Assembly: GCA_021816865.1 (NCBI GenBank)
Contig: JAKAWX010000002.1
Coordinates: 12,110 to 76,109, forward strand
Direction of reading: 5' to 3'
Source: Thermoplasmata archaeon
GTDB lineage: Archaea; Thermoplasmatota; Thermoplasmata; Lutacidiplasmatales; UBA184
Length of the DNA stretch: 64,000 bases
Under the pieces are notes generated by a model that searched no databases, was not told the origin of the DNA, and worked only from the letters and a program-made list of their open reading frames with translations. Every line of letters begins with the position of its first letter. Position 1 is the first letter of the stretch. Shown in pieces: positions 54,852-64,000 of the stretch. The translations under genes and the position numbers were made by a program.

Positions 54852-57694
54852 TCCCAGAACGCACGCGTCCGCGCGTAGGCTCGCTCCGCGCGGAGCAGCT
54901 CGGTGAAGAAACCGTCGTCGTCGCGATAGAGCCGCATCAAGAGGCGTCGGGCGGTCTCGGGGCCGACTCCACGGGCGGCGAGCGCGTAGAGCGCCCGCTC
55001 GCCGTAGTGGGCGACGAGCTCGGCCGACGTGTAGCCACCGCGCACGAGGTTCTCGGTCTCAGGAGGCGCGGGGCGTTCGCGCCGGGGCCGGCGGGCCGGG
55101 GCCTTCTTTCCCCCGGTCCACTTGCGCTTGGCGTAGCGCACGAGGCGGTCGATATCCTCCGTGCGTCGCGGCGAGAGGACGGCCGAGAGCGACCCGTGAC
55201 AGAGCAGGCAGCGGCTTCCGCCCTCGGACCGGTACTGGAACGGTGACGTCGTCCGGACGAAGCCGCAGCGCAGGCAAACGAGGACGAGAGGCTCGCGGCC
55301 CAGGCGCTCGCGCACGGCCTTGAGCAGTGTCGGCGGAGGGACGTCGGGGACGTGCCGCCACTCGAGCCGATCGATCGGCCCGTCGCTGAGCGGCGACGGC
55401 GCGGCCGCGACCACCTCGACGGTCCCGTCCCGGAGGCCCCGAAGGACCTGTACCGCGTGCGCGACGTCGAACCGGTCGTGAAGGGTCTTGTCGAGAACCT
55501 CCTCCCCGAGCGGGTTCGTGCGGCTCGTGCCGAGCAACGGCTCGAGGGTCCGCAGGTCGCGGGGGTCGGCGGACGCCGGCACTACCCCGAGCTTCCGGGC
55601 GACGGCGAGGAAGACCCAGCGGTAGTCGAGCCCGGTCGGGACGAGCCGTTCGACGAGCGGCTCGAGAGAGTCCGGGTCGATGCGCAACGCGTCCACCAGG
55701 GTCGCGTCGTCGACGGCGATCGGGAGCTCGAGGACGAACCAGGTCGGCTCGACCGTCGCAACCTCGACCCGCGCCCCGAGGCGGGCGGTCAAGAGTCCCG
55801 ACGTCGCGAGCGCGAGCGTCTCGTTCGTCCGGGTCCCGAAGCACGCCCCGTACGTCACGAGCCGTCCGCGGGAGGTCACGGTCACGCGCCGGTCGGTAGG
55901 CAAGGTCGACGCCGGCGCGCCGCGGAAGCGCAGCTCGAGCCGGGTGCGGTCGTCCGGGGAGATCGGGTAACGGGCGAGTCCGCCCTCGCGCCGCATCCGG
56001 CCGATCTCCTGGGCGACCTCGAAAGGCACCGGCAGGTCCTCGCCGGCCCACCGCGGTTCCTGTCCGATCTCCTGGACCGCTTCGACCAGAAGCTCGCCCT
56101 CGCGGTGCTCGACGACCTTCCACGTCCGTCCGTGCAGGAGGAAGATCTCCTCGGGTTGCGCGAGGATCTGGGTGAGGACGAACCGTTCGTCCAGCGTGCC
56201 GATCAGCCGGCGCGTTGCGATATCGCGAAGTCGGTACGTCCGCTCGTCCGGGATCAACGAGAGGGACGCGTAGAACCGGGCGAGCGTGCCACGTCCCGGG
56301 GCGAGGCGGCCGTCGTCGACGCCCTTCGCGAGCCGTAGCTCGACCAGGTAGTCGGCGAGCGCGGTCCAGTCGGCATCGGTGAGGTCCGCGACCGACGCGG
56401 CGTGCCGCAGCATCGCCACGAGCCGGTCGCGGTCGACGGTCCCCTCGGCCCGCAAGGTCGCAACGATCTGCTGCGCAGCGGCGAGGCGGTTGCGCGTACG
56501 CCATGTGACGGGCTCGATCTGCCCCTCGTCCGCGCGGCGGGCCAGGACGGCGGCCTCCTCGAGGTCGTCGTCGTCGAGCGCGAGGACGGTGCCGTGGATC
56601 GTCTCGCCGAGACGGTGCCCCGAGCGGCCGACACGCTGGACGAGCCGTCCGACCTGGTGCGGGGAGCCGAACTGGACGACGTGGTCGACCCCACCGATGT
56701 CGATTCCCAGCTCGAGGGACGAGGTCGCCACCAGGCCGCGCAGCCGCCCTTCGCGGAACGCCCGCTCCGCCTCCTCGCGCACCTCCCGGGAAAGCGAGCC
56801 GTGATGGACGGCGACCGCGAGGTCCGGTGCGAGCCGATGAAGCCGGGCCGCGAGCCCCTCGGCGGTGGGCCGCGTGTTGACGAAGACGAGCGTCGTGCGG
56901 TGCGCCCGGATCTCGGCCTCGACCGACCGCAGGCCATCGAGGAGGACCGGGTCGGCCTTCAGGTCCCGCACGAGGTCCGGGTCGAGCGGAGGGAGGTCGG
57001 GGCGGGGCCGCCGGGCCACGAGCTCGAGCGGGCGGCGCTCGCGGGCGACCCGGACGTCGATCGTTCGGGGCGCCGGGGAGAGGAACCGGGCGACCTCGTG
57101 CGGGTTCCCGACCGTCGCCGAGAGGCCGATGCGCCGGACCGTCCGGCCGGTGAGGGCGTCGAGGCGTTCGAGCGTCAGGCCGAGCTGCGCGCCCCGGTCG
57201 GAACCGACGAGCTCGTGGACCTCGTCAACGACGACGGTCGTGACGTGCGCGAGCGCGGCGCGCAGGTGGCGGCCGACCAGGAGGATCTGGAGCGTCTCGG
57301 GCGTCGTCAGGAGGAGATCGGGCGGGTGGCGGGACTGGCTCGCGCGGGCGGCCGCCGGCGTGTCCCCGTGCCGTACCGCCGCGGTGAGCCCGACGTCGCG
57401 GACGAGGGCGACCAAACGCTGCTCGAGGTCACGGTTCAGGGCCCTCAGCGGGGTGACGTAGAGCAGCGAGATCGGAGGGGCGGGTGCGGCGAGCCGACGA
57501 GAGAGGAGGGGGAGGAGGGCCGCTTCCGTCTTGCCGGTGCCGGTCGGCGAGAGCAGGAGAGCGTCCGCCTCCCCGTCGAGCAGGCCCGCGGCGAGGCGCT
57601 GGATCTCGGTCGGCTCGCGCAATCCCCGCCGCCGGATCGCATCGGCCAGTCGCGGGTCGATCCGTTCGAAGAGGCCGGAGCCGTCGCTCGCCAT
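54848..57694 (-). CDS. lhr: Lhr-family ATP-dependent DNA helicase (Lhr-core type)
   Basis: SF2 motifs: SPTGTGKT (I), VVDEVHE (II), SAT (III), QRVGRSGH (VI). 948 aa with a C-terminal Cys cluster CLRCG ... CLLCHG. Confidence 0.8.
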   Translation of the reverse strand: MASDGSGLFERIDPRLADAIRRRGLREPTEIQRLAAGLLDGEADALLLSPTGTGKTEAALLPLLSRRLAAPAPPISLLYVTPLRALNRDLEQRLVALVRDVGLTAAVRHGDTPAAARASQSRHPPDLLLTTPETLQILLVGRHLRAALAHVTTVVVDEVHELVGSDRGAQLGLTLERLDALTGRTVRRIGLSATVGNPHEVARFLSPAPRTIDVRVARERRPLELVARRPRPDLPPLDPDLVRDLKADPVLLDGLRSVEAEIRAHRTTLVFVNTRPTAEGLAARLHRLAPDLAVAVHHGSLSREVREEAERAFREGRLRGLVATSSLELGIDIGGVDHVVQFGSPHQVGRLVQRVGRSGHRLGETIHGTVLALDDDDLEEAAVLARRADEGQIEPVTWRTRNRLAAAQQIVATLRAEGTVDRDRLVAMLRHAASVADLTDADWTALADYLVELRLAKGVDDGRLAPGRGTLARFYASLSLIPDERTYRLRDIATRRLIGTLDERFVLTQILAQPEEIFLLHGRTWKVVEHREGELLVEAVQEIGQEPRWAGEDLPVPFEVAQEIGRMRREGGLARYPISPDDRTRLELRFRGAPASTLPTDRRVTVTSRGRLVTYGACFGTRTNETLALATSGLLTARLGARVEVATVEPTWFVLELPIAVDDATLVDALRIDPDSLEPLVERLVPTGLDYRWVFLAVARKLGVVPASADPRDLRTLEPLLGTSRTNPLGEEVLDKTLHDRFDVAHAVQVLRGLRDGTVEVVAAAPSPLSDGPIDRLEWRHVPDVPPPTLLKAVRERLGREPLVLVCLRCGFVRTTSPFQYRSEGGSRCLLCHGSLSAVLSPRRTEDIDRLVRYAKRKWTGGKKAPARRPRRERPAPPETENLVRGGYTSAELVAHYGERALYALAARGVGPETARRLLMRLYRDDDGFFTELLRAERAYARTRAFWD

Positions 57695-57742
57695 GACCGT
57701 CCGGAACGACGACCCGCGAGGGCTAAGGCGTGTCGCCCCCGG

Positions 57743-58180
57743 CTAGGCCCCCGCGCCGGGTTCGAGGTCGAGCATGCGGAGCCCGACGCTTTCGACCATC
57801 GGTCGACCGAACGAGCGCCCGGGGAAGGTCTCGAGGAGGACCTCCTCGAGGACGCCGACCGTGGCGCGGAGGAGGTGGCCCCCGACCAGCCGATGGTCCG
57901 GGCCCGCGAGGCCGGCGTGCAGGTGGACCGAGGGCGCGTCGTCGGCCCGGGCGATCGTGCCGTGCAGCGCAACGACCTCGTGGGGCGCCGTGAGCTCGTG
58001 GGCGCGGTACTCGCGCCCGTCCCAGTAACCGACCGTCGCCGAGCGGAACATGCCGATCCCGAAGACCACCTGAGCGGCCCTCAGGTCGCGCGCGCGGGCG
58101 AACTCCCCCAACGCGGCGAAGAGGTCCTGTCCGTCGTCCAGCCGAAGCATCCAGCGCGTGCCGTCCCGAACCGCTTGCAT
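57743..58180 (-). CDS. PPC/DUF296-domain protein (predicted DNA-binding, PD1/AT-hook-like family; 145 aa)
   Basis: About 120-aa PPC-fold pattern (LDDGQDLFAALGEFARARDLRAAQVVFGIGMFRSATVGYW ... HLHAGLAGPD). Sits 48 nt upstream of lhr on the same strand. Confidence 0.55.
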   Translation of the reverse strand: MQAVRDGTRWMLRLDDGQDLFAALGEFARARDLRAAQVVFGIGMFRSATVGYWDGREYRAHELTAPHEVVALHGTIARADDAPSVHLHAGLAGPDHRLVGGHLLRATVGVLEEVLLETFPGRSFGRPMVESVGLRMLDLEPGAGA

Positions 58181-58256
58181 CGCTCCCCCACCGCCGGCAT
58201 GGTTAGAAGTCCGCGGGGCAAAGCGTAACTGGGTCACCGCCCTCGTTCGACCGTAG

Positions 58257-59090
58257 ATGAGCGAAGGCACGCGCCCCGTCCCGACCCGCCGGGCCACCCC
58301 GGAGGTCGTCACCCGCATCGCCGCGGGCGGCCCCGCCCTCGTGGCCTTGTCGGGCGGGGTCGATTCGTCGCTGGTCGCAGCGCTGGCGGTCGAAGCTCTC
58401 GGCCCCTCGGCGGTCGCGGTCACGCTCGCCGGCCCCGCGGTGGGACGCGCCGAGGTCGAGGCGGCTCGCTCGGTCGCTTCGTCGCTCGGGATCGCCCACG
58501 AAGTGGTTTCGGTCGACCCCCTCGAGCGGCCAGAGTACCGCGCGAACCCGACCGATCGTTGCTACTTCTGCCGTTCCGTGGAGACGGCGAGTCTCCTCGC
58601 GTTCGGACGCCGCCGGGGGCTCGTTCAGTACCTCGACGGCGTACAGGTCGACGACCTCTCCGACGACCGTCCGGGGCTTCGGGCGATGGACGAGGCCGGG
58701 TTCTTCCACCCGCTCGCCTGGGCGGGCTGGACGAAGGCGGACGTGCGGGCCGAGGCGCGCCTCCGCGGCCTCCCGAACTGGGACCGGCCGTCGGACGCCT
58801 GCCTCTCGTCGCGGGTCGCCCATGGGGATCCGATCACGGCCGAGCTGCTCCGTCGCGTCGAGGCGGCGGAGGCCGTCCTGCTCGGTCGGGGCTTTCGCCG
58901 CGTCCGCGTCCGCGTGCGGGCGAACGGTGCCCGGGTCGAGGTCGACCCGGGAGAGGTCGCTCGACTGTCGACGGAGCCGCTCGCGACCGAGGTCGTCCGG
59001 GAGCTGCGCGCGCTCGGGTTCGATCCGGTGAGCGTCGACCCGCGGGGCTACGGAGCGTCCCGACGGGCGACCCCCGAGGTGGTGCAGTGA
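58257..59090 (+). CDS. PP-loop ATP pyrophosphatase, LarE-like (TIGR00268-type) sulfur transferase family
   Basis: PP-loop ALSGGVDSS, RCYFCR, and WDRPSDACLSSRV (LarE-type Cys context). Confidence 0.7.
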   Translation: MSEGTRPVPTRRATPEVVTRIAAGGPALVALSGGVDSSLVAALAVEALGPSAVAVTLAGPAVGRAEVEAARSVASSLGIAHEVVSVDPLERPEYRANPTDRCYFCRSVETASLLAFGRRRGLVQYLDGVQVDDLSDDRPGLRAMDEAGFFHPLAWAGWTKADVRAEARLRGLPNWDRPSDACLSSRVAHGDPITAELLRRVEAAEAVLLGRGFRRVRVRVRANGARVEVDPGEVARLSTEPLATEVVRELRALGFDPVSVDPRGYGASRRATPEVVQ

Positions 59091-61135
59091 CGCGTCCTCC
59101 CCCGACCGCTGCCGAGGAGACCCCGCCGCTCCCGGGGCGATTCCAGCTCGAGACCGACCTCGTGCCGCAGGGCGACCAGCCTCGGGCAATCGAAGAGATC
59201 GTCGAGCGCGTGAGCCGCGGCGAGAAATTCGTGACCCTCCTCGGGGTGACGGGCAGCGGCAAGACGTTCACGATGGCCCACACGGTCGCGCGCCTCCAGC
59301 GGCCGACCTTGGTCGTGAGCCCCAACAAGACGCTCGCCGCCCAGCTCGTGAGCGAGTTCCGGGCGCTGTTCCCCAAGAACGCCGTCGAGTACTTCGTGAG
59401 CTACTACGACTACTACCAGCCCGAGGCGTACGTCCCCCAGATCGACCTCTACATCGAGAAGGACGCGTCGATCAACGAGGAGATCGACCGGTTGCGCCAC
59501 CGGGCGACCCAGGCGTTGCTCACGCGGCGGGACGTCCTGATCGTCGCCTCGGTGAGCTGCATCTACGGCCTCGGTTCGCCGGACGACTACCGCGCGAACG
59601 TCATCGACCTCGCCGTCGGACAGACGATCTCGCGCCAGGCGCTTCTCGGGCAGCTCGTCCGGATGAAGTACTCGCGCAACGACGTCGAGCTGAAGCGCGG
59701 TCGGTTCCGGGTCCGGGGCGGCACGATTGACGTCATGGGGGCGGGGGAGACCGTCCACCGGATCCTGCTCGAGGCCAACACGATCGCCACGATCGTCGAG
59801 CTCGACCCGATTACGCGGGAGGAACGCTCGGAGCTCTCCCGGCTATCGATCTTCCCCGCCACCCACTTTTTGACGGTCGACGAACGCCTCCGCGGGATCC
59901 TCTCCGAGATCGTGAAGGAGCGGGACGCTCGCGTGCGGGAGCTCGAGCGCGCCGAGAAGATCGTCGAGGCCCAGCGGCTGCGGGGCCGGGTCGACTACGA
60001 CCTCGAGATGATCCGCGAGACGGGCTACTGCTCGGGGATCGAGAACTACGCCCGGTTCTTCTCGGGACGGCGCCCGGGCGACCCCCCGTACACCCTGCTC
60101 GACTTCTTCCCGAAGGACTTCCTGGTCTTCCTCGACGAGTCCCACGTCACCGTCCCACAGCTCCACGGCATGTACAAAGGGGACCGGAGCCGCAAGGACA
60201 ACCTCGTCGAGTTCGGCTGGCGCCTCCCGTCGTGCCGGGACAATCGACCGCTCAAGTTCCCCGAGTTCCTCGAGCACGTGCCGCAGTTGGTCTTCGTCTC
60301 CGCGACGCCGGGTCCGTTCGAGCGTCGGGCGTCGAAAGGGCTCGTCGAGCAGATCATCCGACCGACCGGCCTTGTCGACCCGCCGATCGAGATTCGCCCC
60401 CTCGAAGGACATATCGCGGACCTCGTGAAGGAGCTGCGCGCGTGCATCGAGCGCGGGGACCGGGCCCTCGTCACGACCCTCACGAAGGCGACCAGCGAGG
60501 AGCTCGCGGACTACCTCACGCGGCTCGGGCTCAAGGTCCGCTACCTCCACTCCGAGGTCGAGACGCTCAAGCGCGTGGAGATCCTCCGCGACCTCCGGCT
60601 CGGACGCTTCGACGTCCTGGTCGGGATCAACCTCTTGCGCGAAGGGCTCGACCTGCCCGAGGTGAGCTTCGTCGCGATCCTGGACGCCGACAAGGAGGGC
60701 TATCTCCGCAGCGAGACGTCGATCGTGCAGACCGCCGGCCGGGCGAGCCGCAACCTCTCGGGCAGGGTCGTCCTCTACGCCGACCGCACGACCGGCTCGA
60801 TGCGGCGGGCGATCGACGAGATGGAGCGCCGTCGCGCGGCCCAACTGGCGTTCAACGCGGAGCACGGGATCGTCCCCGAAACGATCCGCAAGGAGGTCCG
60901 CTCGCTCCTCGCCGAAGGCGAAGCGGCGCCCTCCGGAGACCTCTCGGTCTCGGGACTCGGCCGACATTGGAAGGACCGCTTGCCGCTCTTGATCGCCAAT
61001 CTGGAGGAGGAGATGCGGCTCGCCGCCGAGCGGCTCGAGTTCGAGGAGGCCGCGCGTATCCGCGACCGGATCCGCGAGGTTCGGCGGCGGGCCGACGACG
61101 CGCGGCCCCCGCGGGCCGCCGCGGGCACGCGGTGA
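59087..61135 (+). CDS. uvrB: Excinuclease ABC subunit B
   Basis: N-terminal GDQPRAIEEI, Walker A GVTGSGKT, the beta-hairpin region YYDYYQPEAY, helicase motifs, and a C-terminal UVR domain (EEEMRLAAERLEFEEAARIRDRI). GTG start overlapping the upstream stop (GTGA). Confidence 0.9.
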   Translation: MTRPPPTAAEETPPLPGRFQLETDLVPQGDQPRAIEEIVERVSRGEKFVTLLGVTGSGKTFTMAHTVARLQRPTLVVSPNKTLAAQLVSEFRALFPKNAVEYFVSYYDYYQPEAYVPQIDLYIEKDASINEEIDRLRHRATQALLTRRDVLIVASVSCIYGLGSPDDYRANVIDLAVGQTISRQALLGQLVRMKYSRNDVELKRGRFRVRGGTIDVMGAGETVHRILLEANTIATIVELDPITREERSELSRLSIFPATHFLTVDERLRGILSEIVKERDARVRELERAEKIVEAQRLRGRVDYDLEMIRETGYCSGIENYARFFSGRRPGDPPYTLLDFFPKDFLVFLDESHVTVPQLHGMYKGDRSRKDNLVEFGWRLPSCRDNRPLKFPEFLEHVPQLVFVSATPGPFERRASKGLVEQIIRPTGLVDPPIEIRPLEGHIADLVKELRACIERGDRALVTTLTKATSEELADYLTRLGLKVRYLHSEVETLKRVEILRDLRLGRFDVLVGINLLREGLDLPEVSFVAILDADKEGYLRSETSIVQTAGRASRNLSGRVVLYADRTTGSMRRAIDEMERRRAAQLAFNAEHGIVPETIRKEVRSLLAEGEAAPSGDLSVSGLGRHWKDRLPLLIANLEEEMRLAAERLEFEEAARIRDRIREVRRRADDARPPRAAAGTR

Positions 61136-61200
61136 CGCGCGACAACCCCGTTTGCGTGCCGGGACAAAACTGTTGTATCCTCGTCCCCGCTGACCGGGGC

Positions 61201-62073
61201 ATGGCGTCCCACGGCGCCCCGCCCGCCGGGAGCGACGGCCTCATGTCGCTCCGTCGCGGGGGGACGATCACCGAGCTCCTTTTCCTCTACGAGTGCGCGA
61301 CCACGGAGCCGATGCACCTGCGGCCGGTCGCGGCCCGTCTGGGTCTCACGGTCCAGGCCGTCTCCCACTCGTTCCGGCAGTTGCGTGGTCGCGGCCTCGT
61401 TGAGGTGCGCGACGGCCGCTACCGCCCCACCGTCACGGGGGTGGCCTGGCTGCACGGGACGCTCGCCGCACTGAGCGACGACGTCCGCGACCGGGTCGCG
61501 AGGCTCCACGTCATCCGCTCCACGCGCGCGGTCGCCCTCGCCCCCCTCGCCTCCGGCGCCACCGTGTCGCTCGAGCTGCGGCACGGTCTCCTCTCCGCCC
61601 GGCCGGGGGGCGCGGGTCCGTCGCGTGGGACGGTCGTGGCGTCGGCCCGCGCCGGAGATCTCGTGGAGGTCGCGAACCTCGAGGGGATCGTTCCGCTCGC
61701 CCCGGCGACCGTCTCCGTGAGGACGATATCGGACGCCGACCTCGCCGACCCCGGGCTCGAGCGGCGCGTCCGGGCGGCCCTCCCTCCGCTCGATGAGCCG
61801 CTCGCGGCCGAGGGCCTCGAAGCGTACCACTGCCTCCGACGGGCGACCACTCGCCCCATCGAGCGGTTCGCGAGCGCGGCCGCGTGCCTGGACGCGGCCC
61901 GGCTCGGGGTGTCGAGCACGCTTTTCGTCCTCGAGCGGGACCTCCCCCGCCTCCTCGCGACGTTCGCGGTACCGAGCCCGCCGCCGCTGGACGTCCTACC
62001 GGTCGGCGCGGCCCGCCGCGCCCCCCGCCGCGCGGACGGGCTCCGCGCGGAGCGTCCCGCGCAGCGCCGGTAG
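61201..62073 (+). CDS. Winged-helix transcriptional regulator with an uncharacterised C-terminal region (290 aa)
   Basis: wHTH: ITELLFLYECATTEPMHLRPVAARLGLTVQAVSHSFRQLRGRGLVEV. Downstream is a beta-rich segment, then an alpha-helical domain of unknown function. Confidence 0.5.
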   Translation: MASHGAPPAGSDGLMSLRRGGTITELLFLYECATTEPMHLRPVAARLGLTVQAVSHSFRQLRGRGLVEVRDGRYRPTVTGVAWLHGTLAALSDDVRDRVARLHVIRSTRAVALAPLASGATVSLELRHGLLSARPGGAGPSRGTVVASARAGDLVEVANLEGIVPLAPATVSVRTISDADLADPGLERRVRAALPPLDEPLAAEGLEAYHCLRRATTRPIERFASAAACLDAARLGVSSTLFVLERDLPRLLATFAVPSPPPLDVLPVGAARRAPRRADGLRAERPAQRR

Positions 62074-63330
62074 CAGCGTCGGGAGGTCCGCGACCTCCCG
62101 CGCTCCGCGCTCGAGGAGGGCCGCGTACGCGCGGGTCGCGTCCCCGCCCGCGAAATCACGCTCGGCGATCGGGGGTCGGCTCACGAGGAAGACGGGCGTC
62201 CCGCTCGCGAACGGGCCCACGTCCCACAGGTTGTCGACGTTCGACGGCCCGACCGCGAAGGGGGCCACGACGATCACCCGCGCGTTCTCGAGCAGCCGAC
62301 GATGGCGCTCACGGGTCGACGGCGAGAGCGGTGAGAACGGTCCCTCGATCGCGGAGGCGAGCCCGAGGGCTTCCGCCGTCTCGGTATCGGAGTCGAGCAG
62401 GTGGAGGGCCCCCGCGGTCACGATGAACCCCTCATCGGCCAGGGCCCGGAGGATCGGCCGGGCCGCGCCCCCGCCGCCGACGACGTGCACGGGGCCCGCG
62501 GCGGGGGCCGTCCGGTCCCGGGAGACCTCCGTGAGGAGGTGGCGCGGAACGAGGTAGGGGACCCCGGAGCGCGCCTCCCGGTGGAGGTCGGCGCTGACCC
62601 CCCAGACCCGCGCGAGCAGTTCCTCGGAAAGGACCGATGCCGCGGGACCGTCGGCCGCCACGCGGCCGTGCGAGAGGACCACGATACGGTCGGCGAACCG
62701 GGCGGCGAGGTTCAGGTCGTGCAGCGCGGCGACCACGGTCACCCGCCGCTCTCGCGCCAGCGCCCGGACCCGGTCGAGGATATCGAGCTGGTGAGCGATG
62801 TCGAGGTGCGCGGTCGGCTCGTCGAGCAGGAGGACGGGGGTGGCCTGCACCAGCGCTCGCGCGAGCGTGGCCCGCTGACGCTCCCCGCCGCTGATCGAGA
62901 GGAGGCCGTCGGATTCGCGGCCCGCGAGCCCGACGCTTCCGAGGATCGATCGGGCGAGGGCGACCTCGCCCGGCCGGTCTCCTTCGAGGGTCCGGTGGTG
63001 GGCGTAGCGCCCGTAGAGGACGTAATCGAGGATCGGCACGTCCTCGCGGGCCGGCTCGTCCTGGGGGACCCAAGCGACCCGGCGGGCCCGCTCGCGGACC
63101 GACAGGTCCCCGACGGTCTCCCCGAGAAGCTCGACCTGCCCGCGCGTGGGCGCGAGGAATCCGAGGACGAGACGGAGGAGCGTCGTCTTGCCCGAGCCGT
63201 TCGGGCCGGTGAGGGCGAGGAACTCCCCCTCCGCGACGGTCAGAGAAACGTCGGTGAGGGCGGGCCGGCTCCCGTACGCGGCGCTCGCCGCGTCCAGGCG
63301 GACGGCGGGCGCGAGCGACGGCCCGGTCAC
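61996..63330 (-). CDS. ABC transporter ATP-binding protein (iron-chelate/FecE-BtuD-like) fused to a ~180-aa C-terminal domain of unknown function
   Basis: Walker A GPNGSGKTT, Q-loop, LSGGERQR signature, Walker B LLLDEPTAHLD, H-loop. A further domain follows (VHVVGGGGAARPILRAL ... VIVVAPFAVGPSNVDNL). GTG start overlapping the permease stop (GTGA). Confidence 0.7.
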   Translation of the reverse strand: MTGPSLAPAVRLDAASAAYGSRPALTDVSLTVAEGEFLALTGPNGSGKTTLLRLVLGFLAPTRGQVELLGETVGDLSVRERARRVAWVPQDEPAREDVPILDYVLYGRYAHHRTLEGDRPGEVALARSILGSVGLAGRESDGLLSISGGERQRATLARALVQATPVLLLDEPTAHLDIAHQLDILDRVRALARERRVTVVAALHDLNLAARFADRIVVLSHGRVAADGPAASVLSEELLARVWGVSADLHREARSGVPYLVPRHLLTEVSRDRTAPAAGPVHVVGGGGAARPILRALADEGFIVTAGALHLLDSDTETAEALGLASAIEGPFSPLSPSTRERHRRLLENARVIVVAPFAVGPSNVDNLWDVGPFASGTPVFLVSRPPIAERDFAGGDATRAYAALLERGAREVADLPTLLPALRGTLRAEPVRAAGGAAGRADR

Positions 63331-64000
63331 GAGACCCCCATCGCCGCCGCCCGTCGGTGCCGGAGGAGGAGGAACAGGAAGAACGGAACACCGGCGAACG
63401 CGGTGAAGATCCCGAGGGGGAGATAGGACGACGGGAACGCGACGACGCTGGCGTCGTTCGCGCCGAGCAAGAGGAGGGCGCCGACCGCCGCCGAACCGGG
63501 CAGCACGAGGCGGTAGTCCGAGCCCGCGAGCCGACGCACGATGTGGGGAGAGACGAGGCCGACGAACCCGATGATCCCTGTGAACGCGACCGCGACGGCC
63601 GTCAGGAGGGAGGCCAGAAGGATCACCCGGAGCCGGACCCGGGGGACGTCGACCCCGGCGCTCTGAGCGACATCGGGACCGAGCTGGAGGAGGTTCAGTT
63701 CCCGGCCGTACAGGCAGAGAAGGGTTCCGACCGCGACCACTCCTCCGAGGGCGATCCCGTCGACCGTCCACGAGGCGAGCGCGAGCCCGCCGAGGAGCCA
63801 GAACGTGAGCTGCTCGGCACCGAAGGGATTGCCGAGCAGGACCAGCGACAGGACGGCCGACAGCAGGTTGGCGACCGCCACACCCGAAAGGAGGACCGTT
63901 TCGACCGAGCTCTGTCGCCCTCGTGCGATCCCGAAGATGAGGAGTCCCGTGCCGACCGAGCCGAGGAACGCGAACGCGGGCAGGTAGAGGTCGGCCTGGG
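63327..64000 (-). CDS. ABC transporter permease, FecCD/BtuC family (C-terminal part; the start lies beyond the window end)
   Basis: Hydrophobic helices with the FecCD-type pattern (LLASLLTAVAVAFTGIIGFVGLVSPHIVRRLAGSDYR). The ORF is open to the window edge. Confidence 0.7.
   Translation of the reverse strand, partial: QADLYLPAFAFLGSVGTGLLIFGIARGRQSSVETVLLSGVAVANLLSAVLSLVLLGNPFGAEQLTFWLLGGLALASWTVDGIALGGVVAVGTLLCLYGRELNLLQLGPDVAQSAGVDVPRVRLRVILLASLLTAVAVAFTGIIGFVGLVSPHIVRRLAGSDYRLVLPGSAAVGALLLLGANDASVVAFPSSYLPLGIFTAFAGVPFFLFLLLRHRRAAAMGVS

Noticed and set aside
1-64000. CRISPR arrays, IS elements/transposases, integrases, rRNA genes, inteins
   Set aside because: I saw no direct-repeat/spacer periodicity, no transposase/integrase-like translations and no rRNA-like stretches. 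PolB (819 aa), EF-2 (733 aa), UvrB (682 aa) and GlyRS are all of intein-free length.

Overview
This 64-kb window is a high-GC (roughly 70%) archaeal chromosomal segment of euryarchaeal type, inferred from RadB, aEF-2, aRpoP, proteasome alpha and the exosome genes. It is densely packed (about 65 CDS plus one tRNA) with core housekeeping genes and looks like ordinary core genome rather than an accessory island. I could not recognise a self-contained defence or mobile system; the candidates for undescribed biology are a few unusual fusions, linkages and orphan ORFs listed under findings.

Main blocks:
- A textbook exosome/proteasome superoperon on the minus strand (psmA, SBDS, rrp4, rrp41, rrp42, rpl37ae, rpoP), followed by a beta-CASP RNase, radB and ogt.
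- rps12-rps7-EF2 and rps8e-SRP19-GPN GTPase clusters.
- A udg-polB operon.
- A fused ADP-forming acetyl-CoA synthetase and a two-subunit 2-oxoacid:ferredoxin oxidoreductase.
- moaD-moaE, moeA, purM, purQ, pyrC, glyS, trm1, uvrB, an Lhr helicase, and a putative glycosylation locus (Wzx flippase plus a large polytopic membrane protein).

I found no rRNA, CRISPR array, transposase or integrase, and no intein-sized insertions in PolB, EF-2 or UvrB.

Most of the long six-frame ORFs (Arg/Pro/Ala-rich translations) are antisense or alternate-frame artefacts of the high GC content and were not called. Real CDS boundaries were chosen from family-typical N-termini and often use GTG or overlapping ATGA/GTGA junctions. 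Isolated AT-rich octamers stand out against the GC background and were used as archaeal TATA-box candidates. Everything here rests on reading the sequence and on family knowledge; no database search was run.
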